Positions 32,501 through 42,119 of a stretch of DNA of 64,000 nucleotides are shown in pieces (position 1 is the first letter of the stretch; each line of letters starts with the position of its first letter). This stretch comes from an uncultured Acidobacteriota bacterium (GTDB lineage Bacteria > Acidobacteriota > Thermoanaerobaculia > Multivoradales > UBA5704), in assembly GCA_963700145.1 (NCBI GenBank), contig OY969474.1, forward strand, positions 4,832,001 through 4,896,000, in the 5' to 3' direction. The notes under the pieces are model-generated. The model saw nothing but the letters and a program-made list of their open reading frames with translations. It ran no database searches and had not been told where the DNA came from. The position numbers and the translations under genes were made by a program.

Positions 32501-33199
32501 GGCGGTCCGGCGGCCGGCGAGCTGGCCGAGCGCGAGGCCGAGCTGGCGCGCTGCAAGGCGACCCTCGAGCGGCTCGGCCCGGTCAACGCCCTCGCCGTCG
32601 AGGAGCACGACGAGCAGGAGCAGCGGCTGGAGTTCCTGACCGCGCAGCGCGCCGACGTCGCGAATTCCGTCGAGAGCCTGCGCGCCACGATCCGCGAGAT
32701 CAATCAGGCCTCGAGCGAGCGCTTCCTCGCGACCTTCGTCGAGGTCAACCGCCACTTCGGCGAGGTCTTTTCCCAGCTCTTCCGCGGCGGCGAGGCCGAG
32801 ATGCGCCTGATGGACGAGGAGGACGTCCTCGAGTGCGGCCTCGAGATCGTCGCCCGCCCGCCGGGCAAGCGCCTGCAGAACCTGATGCTCCTCTCCGGCG
32901 GCGAGAAGGCGCTCACCGCCATCGCCCTGCTCTTCGCGCTCTTCCGCACCAAGCCCTCGCCCTTCTGCATCCTCGACGAGGTGGACGCGCCGCTCGACGA
33001 CCTCAACACCCGCCGCTTCGTCGAGCTGCTCAAGGAGATGTCGGCCGAGACGCAGTTCCTGGTGATCACCCACAACAAGATCACCATGGAGGTCGCCTCG
33101 ACCCTCTACGGCGTGACGATGGAAGAGAAGGGCGTCTCCAAGCTCGTCGCCGTCCAGCTCGAAGAGATCCAGCCCGAAGCCGAGCGCGCCACCGCCTAG
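29598..33199 (+). CDS. smc: Chromosome segregation protein SMC, with one frameshift at about 31356-31361
   Basis: N-terminal GFKSF and GPNGCGKSN in ORF 29598; C-terminal LLSGGEKALTA and ILDEVDAPLD in ORF 31460..33199. Adding one G to the G6 run joins the frames. Confidence 0.92.
31352..31406 (+). repeat. Partial copy of the 29065-29230 element inside smc
   Basis: The 27 nt agctcttcgcaagcgccggcaatcccc (31376-31402) are the exact reverse complement of 29175-29201, preceded by a degenerate arm. Confidence 0.75.
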
Positions 33200-33346
33200 C
33201 CGTCCCCCCGGCGCCCGCGCCGCGGTCTATATCCAAAGTCGTAGAAAAGTCTGTCCTTTGCCGAATGGCGCCCGGGGCGCCGCCCGCCTAGATTGAGGTA
33301 TCTGCTCTCAATTCACGTTGTGGTCTCGAAAAAGGAGATCCCGATC

Positions 33347-34660
33347 ATGAGCGCCCCAAGTTTCTTGAGAAAGCGATGTATCAGTGCAGCGGTCCTCGCC
33401 CTCGCGGCGGCCGCCGCCGGCGCGCAAGTCCTGCCGCCGGACCTGACGGTCTGCGACGGCGTCACCTGCGACACCCTGCAGGACTCGGTGTGCAGCAGCG
33501 CCGGCTTCAAGATCACCCTGACCGACTTCACGGCCGGCAACACGAGCACCGACGGCTCGGCCTCTTACACCTACGAGGTCTGCAGCCCGGCCGCCGGCGT
33601 CTGCGACGGCTTGGTGCGCTTCGGCGAGGCGTGCCTGGACAACGGGTTCTGCCAGAGGAAGGGTCAAGCCACCGACCCCGCGGCGAGCTGCAGCCGGGAG
33701 TGCGCCACCGACTCGTTCCGCGGCCTCAGCCACTTCGACGTCAACTTCCCGGAGCTGGGCTTCAGCTGCCTAGGGGAGGCGACCGAGATCTCGGGGAGCT
33801 GCGCCTGCTCGACCAACACGAGCGGCACCTGCTCGGTGGGCGCCTTCGGTCTCGGCGACGGCTCGTGCTTCGGGCCCACCTCGCCGGTGGCCAAGTGCGA
33901 CAACACCAACCTCGGCCCCGGCGACTGCCTCACCATGACGCTGACGATCGCCGGCGAGCTCAACGGCCTCGGCTCCGGTCCGGTCGTCGTGGTGGACAAG
34001 GAATCCACGACCTGCACGGCGAGCTGCATGGCCGGGCCCTCGTGCACGCCCTGCGAGGAGATCGAGGAGGGCGAGGAGTGCCTGACGCGCACCATCGGCT
34101 TCTGGGGCAACCACCCCTGGATCACCAACGACTACGCCCCGGTCACCGTCTGCGGCAAGACGCTGGGCTGCTACGGCGCGCCGACGGCGAGCGCCAGCCC
34201 GGGATGCCCCGCCGGCTCCTGCACCTCGATCGTCGAGGGCCTTTGCTCCGTCCCTGGCGTCGAGCTGCCGAGCAACCAGTCCTACGTCACGCTGGTGCGC
34301 CAGTTGACGGCGGCCAAGCTCAACCTCAACGCCACCGCGGCCCTCTTCCCGGGAGGTGCCTGCTCGAGCTTCACCTACCTGGACAAGAGCATCGCGTCGT
34401 GGATCGCCGACTGCGAGGCGCTGTGCGGCGCCGACAAGGCGACGATCAGCAACAGCGGCTGCATCGCCGCTCTGGACACCTTCAACAACTCGCAGGACGC
34501 CGGCTTCGAGGTGACGCCTTCGCCGTTCGACCGGCCGCCGGTGGACGACTTCGGCAACATCTCGGGCGCCGACTCCAAGCAGTGCGGCAAGGCGCACGGC
34601 AACGGCGGCAGCCCGAAGCTGGTCATCGGCAAGAAGGTCGGCAGCAACGACTGCCGCTAG
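33347..34660 (+). CDS. Secreted cysteine-rich protein of unknown function
   Basis: AAAGGAG RBS, signal peptide, 32 Cys after the signal, and TIGFWGNH and QLTAAKLN motifs. Confidence 0.8.
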   Translation: MSAPSFLRKRCISAAVLALAAAAAGAQVLPPDLTVCDGVTCDTLQDSVCSSAGFKITLTDFTAGNTSTDGSASYTYEVCSPAAGVCDGLVRFGEACLDNGFCQRKGQATDPAASCSRECATDSFRGLSHFDVNFPELGFSCLGEATEISGSCACSTNTSGTCSVGAFGLGDGSCFGPTSPVAKCDNTNLGPGDCLTMTLTIAGELNGLGSGPVVVVDKESTTCTASCMAGPSCTPCEEIEEGEECLTRTIGFWGNHPWITNDYAPVTVCGKTLGCYGAPTASASPGCPAGSCTSIVEGLCSVPGVELPSNQSYVTLVRQLTAAKLNLNATAALFPGGACSSFTYLDKSIASWIADCEALCGADKATISNSGCIAALDTFNNSQDAGFEVTPSPFDRPPVDDFGNISGADSKQCGKAHGNGGSPKLVIGKKVGSNDCR

Positions 34661-34674
34661 ACGCGGGTTCCTCG

Positions 34675-34708
34675 GCGGGCGGGCGCTCCGGCGCCCGCCC
34701 GCGTTTTT
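34675..34708 (+). terminator. Intrinsic terminator
   Basis: 12-bp stem gcgggcgggcgc-tccg-gcgcccgcccgc followed by gttttt. Confidence 0.8.
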
Positions 34709-35346
34709 CAGATCAGCCCCTTCCCCTCCGCGTAGCGCCGCACCGCCACCCGCGTCTCCAGGTGGAGCTTCTTGTAGACGTTGTGCAGGTGGGCCTTGAC
34801 CGTGCCCTCGGCGATGCCCAGCCGCTCGGCGATGTCGCGGTTGCGCAGGCCCTCGGCGACCATGCGGATGAGCTCGATCTCGCGCGGCGTCAGCTCGCTC
34901 GCCGCCTCCCGCGCCCCCGCCTCGCGGCGCAGCACCTTCTCGAGCGCCGCCTGCACCGAGCGCTTCTCGACCCACTGCCCGCCGGCGTGGACCTTGCGCA
35001 GGGCCTGGATCAGCAGCCGCGGCGCCATCTCCTTGAGCACCACGCCGCCCACCTCGAGACGCACGGCCTCGACCAGCTCGTCCTCGCTGATCGCCGCGGT
35101 GAAGATCACCACGCGCGTCGGCAGCCGACGGCGCCGCAGCTCGCGCAGCACCGCGAGCCCGTCCAGGCCCGCCATGCGGACGTCGAGGACGAGCAGGTCG
35201 GGCCGGTGCCGGTCGACCGCCCGCAGCGCCTCCTCGCCGCTGACGCAGCGCTCGACGACCGCGAAGTCGCCGGCCAGCTGGACCAGCTGCTCGAGGCCGT
35301 CGAGGATCAGCGGGTGATCGTCGGCGAGCACCAGGCGGATCGGCAC
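34708..35346 (-). CDS. NarL/LuxR-family response regulator
   Basis: LADDHP, VLDVRM, LTPREIELI and GLRNRDIAERLGIAEGTVKAHL motifs. Confidence 0.92.
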   Translation of the reverse strand: MPIRLVLADDHPLILDGLEQLVQLAGDFAVVERCVSGEEALRAVDRHRPDLLVLDVRMAGLDGLAVLRELRRRRLPTRVVIFTAAISEDELVEAVRLEVGGVVLKEMAPRLLIQALRKVHAGGQWVEKRSVQAALEKVLRREAGAREAASELTPREIELIRMVAEGLRNRDIAERLGIAEGTVKAHLHNVYKKLHLETRVAVRRYAEGKGLI

Positions 35347-35347
35347 G

Positions 35348-37126
35348 CTAGGCTCCCCGGGCCTGGCGAGGCAGCTCGATGTCGAGGCGGGCGCCGGCGG
35401 CGGTCGAGGTGATCTCGAGGCGTCCGCCGAGCGCCGCGACGCGCTGCTTGAGCGACACCGGACCGAGCTTGCGGGCGGCGAGGGTCGCGAGGTCGTACCG
35501 GCCCTGGAACGGGAAGCCGCAGCCGTCGTCCACGACCGCCACGTGCAGCCAGCGGTCGTCGGAGCGCACGTCCACGGTCGCCCGCGAGGCCTTCCCGTGG
35601 CGCGAGGCGTTGATCAGCGCCTCCTGGACGATGCGGCAGATCTGGTGCGCGAGCTCGCCGCCGATCGGCTCGGCGGGCAGCTCGGCCCGCAGCTCGACGC
35701 CCAGGTCCCAGTGGCGCGCGATCCGCTGGCGCAGCTTGTCGAGCCGCTGCGCCAGGCTTTCGTTGCGCTCCTGCCCGCCGGCGCGCTCGGGCTCGAGGTC
35801 GCCGATGAAGTCGCGCAGCTCGCGCTGCTCCGACGCCAGCAGGTCCTGGGTCTCCTCGATCAGCCGGCCCGCCGCCGCGGGGTCGGCGCCGAGCAGCTGC
35901 CGCGCGGACTCCAGCCGCAGCGCCGCGCCGCTCAGCGCCTGGATGACGCCGTCGTGGAGATCGCGGGCGAGCCGCACCCGCTCGTCCGCCAGGGCCGCCT
36001 GGTGGGAGCGCTCGAAAAGGGCGAGCCGGTCCATCTCGACGGCGAGCCGGTGCGCCAGGATCTCGCCCAGGACCAGCTCGTCGGAGGTCATGTCGGGGCG
36101 GTCGAGCGCGAAGAACCGGCCGGCCAGGCTCTCCCCGCGCAGCGGCACCGAAAGCACCGCCCCGTAGCCGCAGCGGCGGCGCAGCTCGGGGGGCGTGGGA
36201 TCGCCGGACCAGGGTTTCACGCCGCCGGAGGTGATGAGGCGGAGAGGTGCGTCGCCGTCGGGTTGTTCGGCCGCGAAGAACGCCGCTTCGGCCAGCGCAG
36301 CGGGCGCCAGCGGCGCGAAGGCGTCCGGCGCTTCACGCTGCCAGTCGAGCTCGCCCGCCGACCAGAGAGCGACGTGGCACCACGGCTCTTCCATCTCCTC
36401 CCAGATGAGCAGCGTGCGCGGCGCCCCGAGCGCCTTCGCCGCGTGGCCGAGCAGCGCCCGCACCAAGCCCGCCGCCTCGGCCGGCATGCCGGCGGGCCAC
36501 TCTCCGAGGCCGGCGACCTTGGCGCGCAGCCGGTTCTCGTAGGCGCCCATGTAGCCGAGGAGCACCGCCGCCACGGCCAGGTAGATGCTCCGGATGATGA
36601 AGCGGTTGAGCTCGAACCCTGCCTCCGGAAAGCGGGCTGCCGAGTACAGCCCGATGGCGAGGAAGGCGGCGAGGCTGGCGATCGCGGTCCACAGCGTCCC
36701 CGCTTCCTGCCAGCGCACGGCGGCCGCCGCCAGGGCGAAGACGAAGTAGACGAAGAACGGGCTGCTCGGGCCGGCGGTGAAGAAGACCACGACGCAGAAG
36801 AGCGCCAGGTCGACGGCGTGAACCAGCAGCGGCAGCGCCGCCGGCGTCGCCTTGGCGCTCCACACCCAGAGCGCCAACGCGACGGAGTACACCGCATACG
36901 CCGCGATCAGCGCAGAGGCGACCGGCGCGGCGTGGGCGGGCTCCGAAGGATCCAGCCAGACGGCGAAGAGGGAAAGGAGCGAGAGAGCGACGCGGCAGCC
37001 GGCGATCAGCCGCTCGCGCCGGATCGGCTGGTACGACCGCGCCGCCGCCGGCGGCGGACCACGCCGCTCGAGGCCTGCCGAGCTCAACCAACGACGCCAA
37101 GGCATTGGTTCGATCGAGCGTAGCAC
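35348..37126 (-). CDS. HisKA_3 membrane sensor histidine kinase
   Basis: Multi-TM N-terminus, ERVRLARDLHDGVIQ, QEALINASRH and DDGCG motifs. Confidence 0.88.
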   Translation of the reverse strand: MLRSIEPMPWRRWLSSAGLERRGPPPAAARSYQPIRRERLIAGCRVALSLLSLFAVWLDPSEPAHAAPVASALIAAYAVYSVALALWVWSAKATPAALPLLVHAVDLALFCVVVFFTAGPSSPFFVYFVFALAAAAVRWQEAGTLWTAIASLAAFLAIGLYSAARFPEAGFELNRFIIRSIYLAVAAVLLGYMGAYENRLRAKVAGLGEWPAGMPAEAAGLVRALLGHAAKALGAPRTLLIWEEMEEPWCHVALWSAGELDWQREAPDAFAPLAPAALAEAAFFAAEQPDGDAPLRLITSGGVKPWSGDPTPPELRRRCGYGAVLSVPLRGESLAGRFFALDRPDMTSDELVLGEILAHRLAVEMDRLALFERSHQAALADERVRLARDLHDGVIQALSGAALRLESARQLLGADPAAAGRLIEETQDLLASEQRELRDFIGDLEPERAGGQERNESLAQRLDKLRQRIARHWDLGVELRAELPAEPIGGELAHQICRIVQEALINASRHGKASRATVDVRSDDRWLHVAVVDDGCGFPFQGRYDLATLAARKLGPVSLKQRVAALGGRLEITSTAAGARLDIELPRQARGA

Positions 37127-37172
37127 GGCCTAGCGCGGGCCAAGCCCGGCGCCCGAGCCGCCCGCCGGGCCC

Positions 37173-37208
37173 TTGACGTCCGAACCGTCTCGTACTAACG
37201 TACTAGTA
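37173..37208 (+). promoter_or_regulatory. Promoter and BlaI-type operator
   Basis: TTGACG (37173-78), 17-bp spacer, TAACGT (37196-201). The palindrome TACTA-N6-TAGTA (37193-37208) overlaps the -10. Confidence 0.6.
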
Positions 37209-37209
37209 G

Positions 37210-37590
37210 ATGCCGCCGCGCCGACCCCTCGCCGACCAGGAGCTCGCGATCATGACGATCGTCTGGGAGGGGGGCGCCACCACCGTGCGCGAGGTCTACG
37301 AGACGCTGCGCCAGCGCCGCCCCGTCGCCTACACGACGGTGATGACGATGATGAACATCCTCGAGCAGAAAGGCTTTCTCGAGCGGGAGCGGGAAGGCCG
37401 CGCCTTCGTCTACCGCCCGACGCGCAGCCAGCGCCGCGTCGTGCGCCAGATGGTGCGCGAGTTCGTCGAGCGGGTCTTCGGCGGCTCGGCGCGGCCGCTG
37501 CTCGTGCACCTGGTCGAGGACCGCAAGCTCACGCCCGAGGACCTGCGCGAGATCGCGCGCCTCCTCGAGCGCAAGAAGGAGGAGGGATGA
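37210..37590 (+). CDS. BlaI/MecI/CopY-family repressor
   Basis: ELAIMTIVW, AYTTVMTMMNILEQKG, GRAFVY and FGGS motifs. Confidence 0.92.
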   Translation: MPPRRPLADQELAIMTIVWEGGATTVREVYETLRQRRPVAYTTVMTMMNILEQKGFLEREREGRAFVYRPTRSQRRVVRQMVREFVERVFGGSARPLLVHLVEDRKLTPEDLREIARLLERKKEEG

Positions 37591-38825
37591 CCGCACCGCT
37601 CTGGGCCGGCAACGCTCTCGCCTGGGCGGCCCAGGTGGCCGTGGTCGCCGGCGCCGCACTTCTGCTGCCGCGGCTGCTCCGCCTCCGCCAGCCGCGCCTC
37701 CTCCTGGCCCTGGGCCAGGGCGCGCTCGTCCTCATCCTCCTGCTGCCGCTCGTCCAGCCGCGGCACGCGCCGGCGGCGGGCGTCCTGCCGTTCGTCACCG
37801 TCGCCGGCGAAGGCGCCGCAGCGGTCCCGCCGGCCCTCGGCGTGTCGTGGCGCGCCGCGGCCTGGCTCCTCGGCGGCGTCACGGCCGCCCGCCTCGTCTG
37901 GATGGGGGTCGGCCTCGCCTGGCTCGCCCGCTTGCGCCGCACCGCCCGTCCGCCGGCCGCCCGGCCCGCGGGCTGGGAGGAGCTCTGCGCCCGGATCGGC
38001 ACCGCGCCCCCCGAGCTCCTGGTCTCCGACCGCGTCCCCGGCCCGGTCAGCTTCGGCATCCGCCGTCCGGTGGTCGTCCTCCCGGAGAGCTTCGAGCGGG
38101 CGGACGCAGCCACCGCGCGCGCCGTCCTCTGTCACGAGGCGCTGCACGTCCGCCGCCGCGACTGGGCGGCCGCGGTGGCCGAGGAGACGGTGCGCGCGCT
38201 CTTCTGGTTCCACCCGGTGGTCGGCCGTCTCGTGGCGCGCATCCGCCTCTGGCGCGAGCAGGCGGTGGACGCGTCCGCCGTCGCCCTGACCGGCGACCGC
38301 GGCGGCTATCTCCAGGCCCTGCTCCACGCCGCCGCGGCACGCCCGCCGCGGCCGCTCCCCGCCGCCTCCTTCCTCCACCGCAACGACCTGGGGCAGCGCG
38401 TGGCGCTGCTCGTCGAGGAGAAACCGATGAACCAGCGCAGGCTCGTGTTGAGCGCCGCGGCCGTCGCCCTCGGGCTGGCCGCGGCAGGCGCCCTGTCGAT
38501 CGCCGTTCTCCCCCTCCGCGCCGCCGAGGCGGCGAAGAAGGGCGAGATCACCCTCCCCAAGATCGTCGAGAAGACCAATGCCGAGTACCCCGCGGAGCTG
38601 CGCAAGGAGAAGCTCGAGGGAGAGGTCGTGCTCCGGATCCTGGTCGACGAAACCGGCCGCGTCGCCTCGGCGGAGGTGGACGAGAGCCCGCACCGCGCCT
38701 TCTCCGAGTCGGCGCGCGAGGCGGTCCGCACCTGGCGCTTCGAGCCCGGCCGCGTGGACGGCGAGATCGCGCCCGTCGAGCTGACGCTCACCATCCGCTA
38801 CGTCCTCGACAAGCCCGACAAGTAG
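37587..38825 (+). CDS. M56 (BlaR1-like) peptidase fused to a TonB C-terminal domain
   Basis: HEALHVRRRD, FWFHP and REQAVD motifs, then YPAELRKEKLEGEVVLRILVDETG...WRFEP. ATGA overlap with the repressor gene. Confidence 0.85.
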   Translation: MTAPLWAGNALAWAAQVAVVAGAALLLPRLLRLRQPRLLLALGQGALVLILLLPLVQPRHAPAAGVLPFVTVAGEGAAAVPPALGVSWRAAAWLLGGVTAARLVWMGVGLAWLARLRRTARPPAARPAGWEELCARIGTAPPELLVSDRVPGPVSFGIRRPVVVLPESFERADAATARAVLCHEALHVRRRDWAAAVAEETVRALFWFHPVVGRLVARIRLWREQAVDASAVALTGDRGGYLQALLHAAAARPPRPLPAASFLHRNDLGQRVALLVEEKPMNQRRLVLSAAAVALGLAAAGALSIAVLPLRAAEAAKKGEITLPKIVEKTNAEYPAELRKEKLEGEVVLRILVDETGRVASAEVDESPHRAFSESAREAVRTWRFEPGRVDGEIAPVELTLTIRYVLDKPDK

Positions 38826-38873
38826 AGGAGGCCCGGTCCGAGCCACGGCGCGCCACGGTGTAAACCCTCGCCC

Positions 38874-38900
38874 GTCATCCCGAGCGCAGCCGAGGGATCT
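38874..38900 (+). repeat. REP-like extragenic palindrome
   Basis: gtcatcccgagcgcagccgagggatct, an intergenic hairpin (atccc...gggat) of the GTCATCC..AGCG..GGATCT type. Confidence 0.5.
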
Positions 38901-38957
38901 GGGCGGGGGGAAGGTCCGGATGTTGCACTCCGTCGGGGCACCTAACGAGGTGCCCCG

Positions 38958-40175
38958 ATGCGCAAACCGACTCTCGCCGCCGCCCTCCTAGTCGCCCTCC
39001 TCCTCCCAGCCTGCCGCATCGCGGACGACGACGAGTCCGCGACGCAGCCGGCCGTCACCCAGCCGGAGCCGGCGCCCGCGCCGCCAGGGCAGGTCTCGGT
39101 CCCCTCGGTGGGTTTCCAGCGCTTCGACCCGGCCGTCCTCGAGCGTTCCCGGCTCGACCCGGCCTGGCGCACTTCCGCCGAGAGCGACCGGCTCGGGCGG
39201 CTGCAGTCGGGGGCGGAGCCGCAGTCCGGCACGCCGGTACCGCCGCCGGCGACCACCGAGCCGCCGTCGCCGTCACCGACCACCACCGCTCCGCCCGAAG
39301 ACGAAGACCGCATCCTCGCGGCGCAGGTGCTCCTCGACCGCGCCCGCTTCTCGCCCGGCGTCATCGACGGCCGCTGGGGGCAGAACACCGAGAAGGCGCT
39401 CTACTGGCTGCAGTTCGCGCGCGGCCTCCAGCCGACCGGCGTCCTCGACGACGCCACCTTCGCCGAGCTGGAGCGGTCCGCCGCCGGCGAGCCGGTCGTC
39501 GAAGTGGAGGTCACGGCCGCGGACCTGGAAGGGCCGTTCACCGAAGTCCCCGAGGACCCCTACGAGCAGGCCGAGCTGGAGTGCCTCTGCTACGCCTCGC
39601 CCGCCGAGGCGATCGCCGAGCGCTACCACACGACGCCCGAGCACCTCGCCAAGCTGAACCCCGAAGCCGACCTCGACGCCCTGACCGCCGGCACGCGCCT
39701 CTCGGTGCCGAACGTCGAGCCGCTGGACCCCGCCAACCGCCAGCGCGCCGCCGGCGGCGACCAGGTCGCCCAGCTCCTGGTCTCGAAGCGCGGCTTCTAC
39801 ACCCAGGCGCTCGACGCCCGGGGGGTCGTCCTCTTCCACTTCCCCTCGACCGTCGGCTCGCAGTACGACCCGTCGCCGGACGGCGAGTTCCACGTCACCG
39901 GCGTCGCCTTCAACCCGACCTTCCACTACCAGCCGACCCTCTTCCACGAGGTGCCGGACGACAAGCCCGAGGCGCACCTCCCCGCCGGCCCCAACGCGCC
40001 CGTCGGCGTCGCCTGGATCGACCTCTCCAAGCCCCACCACGGCATCCACGGCACCGCTGTCCCCGAGACCATCGGCTACACCAGCTCCCACGGCTGCATT
40101 CGCCTCACCAATTGGGACGCCATCTTCCTGGCGCGGCGGGTGAAGCCCGGGGTGCCGGTCCGCTTCCGCGACTGA
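38958..40175 (+). CDS. L,D-transpeptidase lipoprotein with peptidoglycan-binding and LysM-like domains
   Basis: LPAC lipobox, QVLLDRARFSPGVIDG, and GIHGT...SHGCIRLTNWD motifs. Confidence 0.9.
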   Translation: MRKPTLAAALLVALLLPACRIADDDESATQPAVTQPEPAPAPPGQVSVPSVGFQRFDPAVLERSRLDPAWRTSAESDRLGRLQSGAEPQSGTPVPPPATTEPPSPSPTTTAPPEDEDRILAAQVLLDRARFSPGVIDGRWGQNTEKALYWLQFARGLQPTGVLDDATFAELERSAAGEPVVEVEVTAADLEGPFTEVPEDPYEQAELECLCYASPAEAIAERYHTTPEHLAKLNPEADLDALTAGTRLSVPNVEPLDPANRQRAAGGDQVAQLLVSKRGFYTQALDARGVVLFHFPSTVGSQYDPSPDGEFHVTGVAFNPTFHYQPTLFHEVPDDKPEAHLPAGPNAPVGVAWIDLSKPHHGIHGTAVPETIGYTSSHGCIRLTNWDAIFLARRVKPGVPVRFRD

Positions 40176-40236
40176 GCCCACTCGGGCTACAATGCCCCCG
40201 CTTCCCGGGAGACCCCTCCCACCAGGCCCACCTCGA

Positions 40237-40311
40237 GCCGACGTAGCTCAGTGGTAGAGCAGCTGATTCGTAATCAGCAGGTCATCGGTTCAAATCCGAT
40301 CGTCGGCTCCA
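40237..40311 (+). tRNA. tRNA-Thr (anticodon CGT)
   Basis: gccgacg/cgtcggc acceptor stem, gctga-ttCGTaa-tcagc anticodon arm, GGTTCAAATCC T-arm and encoded CCA. TACAAT lies at 40188-93. Confidence 0.96.
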
Positions 40312-40489
40312 GCAGCATCAATGCCTTAAAGGCACCAGCCGAGCTACAGCCGGCCCCTGCCTCGTTCCACCATGCCGAAGCACCCTCAGCATCACCTGTC
40401 GTGAGGGACATCCTGGGTCTCCTTCGTTATGTCATACGCCAAGCCGTCCAACTGCCTGTTGGACGAGCGACATGAAAGAAGGAGGAACA

Positions 40490-41812
40490 GTGGACACCAA
40501 AGCGATAACGCAAGACCCAGCGCCTCCCTCCGAAAGGGCTTCGCCGGAGAAAATCGAGAATGTTCATGATATTCACGATATGGCGCGGCGCCGGCGGCCG
40601 TCGTGTGAATGGCTCGAGCAGTCGGTGAATGAGTACCTGCATGACCAGTGGGGCAAGAAGCACAACTCGCTGAGTCACTGCGATGACTCGCATGAAGACT
40701 GTCCCTGCGGCAGGCCCGCAGGAGCAGCGGCGAAGAAGGTCGTTGATCTCGTCATCCTGCTGGACTCGAGCCTCTCGATGAACCTCGCGGCAACAGCCGT
40801 ATCGAATGCGGCCGCTGATGCGCTGGCTGCGGCCGCGAAGGAGTGTCCGTCGGACCTGCGCACACTCTGGGTGGTGGTCGACTCGACGAAGGCAGGAGCC
40901 GATCCTCCAGGCGATCTCGGCGACATCACGGCGACGCTGGCGGGCACTCCGTTCACGCAATCTCACCAGCAGTACCTCGTCGGCATCGGGAGCACCGGTC
41001 CCTTCAAGCAGGATGAGCCGCAGCCGCCGGGAGACGTCACGTATCCGGGGGAAGAAGGGGCGGACGCGATCGCTGACCTCTGCAATTTCTTCGACTGGCG
41101 CCGTAACGCCTGCAAGGCGATCTTCTACATCAGCGATACGAAGCTAGACGGCTATTCCGCGTTCGATGCCGCGGCGGCCGCCAATGCGCAGGCCGCGGCT
41201 TCGGCTCACGGCGTCGTGCTGTTCGCGCATCACATCGGCCCTGCAACACCGATCACGCTTGAGATGCAGAATTATCTCGACATGTGCAACCCGACCGGAG
41301 GAAGTGTCTACTTTGGCCCGGTCGATACCGATCAATACAAGGTTCTGCTTCGCAACGCGATTTGCAACGCCTGCGGCTCCGAGTGCAAGGAGCTCGATCT
41401 GCCGAAGATCGAACCGTGCGTCTCCATCGTCTGGGGCGACAGCGACTGCGACTGCTTCGAGACCGACGACGTCGAGACGGCCATCGTCACGATCTGCAAT
41501 TGTTACTCGAACATCTCGTTTGCGAACGTCCACGTGGCGTACTTCAACGTTACGATGTCTGACGGCTCGCCCGTTCCTCTGCTGCCTGACGGTACGCCGT
41601 CCGTGTCAATTCATCCGGTGGGTCCGGTCTGCTTCGGCGACATCGGCCCATGCAGGCCTGGCGGTTTGAACTGTGTCTCGAGAGAGATCGTGATTCGGAC
41701 GCGCGGCGCGAAGAGCGGCAAGTACAAGATTCTTGTCAATGGGATCTGCTACCAGGTCGTGCTCAGTCAACTGCACGACGAGTGCTTTGCATTGACGCTC
41801 TGCGCGGACTGA
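40490..41812 (+). CDS. vWA-like domain protein with a Cys-rich C-terminal domain
   Basis: DLVILLDSSLSM (MIDAS DxSxS) and IFYISD motifs. AGGAGG precedes the GTG at 40490. GC is lower than in host genes. Confidence 0.7.
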   Translation: MDTKAITQDPAPPSERASPEKIENVHDIHDMARRRRPSCEWLEQSVNEYLHDQWGKKHNSLSHCDDSHEDCPCGRPAGAAAKKVVDLVILLDSSLSMNLAATAVSNAAADALAAAAKECPSDLRTLWVVVDSTKAGADPPGDLGDITATLAGTPFTQSHQQYLVGIGSTGPFKQDEPQPPGDVTYPGEEGADAIADLCNFFDWRRNACKAIFYISDTKLDGYSAFDAAAAANAQAAASAHGVVLFAHHIGPATPITLEMQNYLDMCNPTGGSVYFGPVDTDQYKVLLRNAICNACGSECKELDLPKIEPCVSIVWGDSDCDCFETDDVETAIVTICNCYSNISFANVHVAYFNVTMSDGSPVPLLPDGTPSVSIHPVGPVCFGDIGPCRPGGLNCVSREIVIRTRGAKSGKYKILVNGICYQVVLSQLHDECFALTLCAD

Positions 41813-41837
41813 GCAAGCGAAGCGACGACTGAGGCGT

Positions 41838-41868
41838 GGCCGGGCCACCTCACCCGGCCCGTTTTTTT
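41838..41868 (+). terminator. Intrinsic terminator
   Basis: ggccggg-ccacctca-cccggcc followed by cg and T7. Confidence 0.75.
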
Positions 41869-42119
41869 GCGCAACGTCAGCCCGTCATGAACGCTACGGG
41901 TGGCATCATTGGTTGCCTGAACTGCCTAGTACGCCTGCAGTCGCGGCGCTGGCTGGCGCTTGGGCGGCTGAGCCGGATGACGCAATTGCACCTGATGGGT
42001 CGGCGCCGGATATGCCCGCCCGAGTTCCTCGGAGAGCGGGATTGGCTTCCGGCGGAGGCGCTGCGGGACAGTACGTGGGCCGTGTAGCATTCCAGGGGAG
42101 CGAGGGAGACGCGTTTTTC

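Noticed and set aside
40251-40475. 74-aa ORF
   Set aside because: It is a translation of the tRNA gene.
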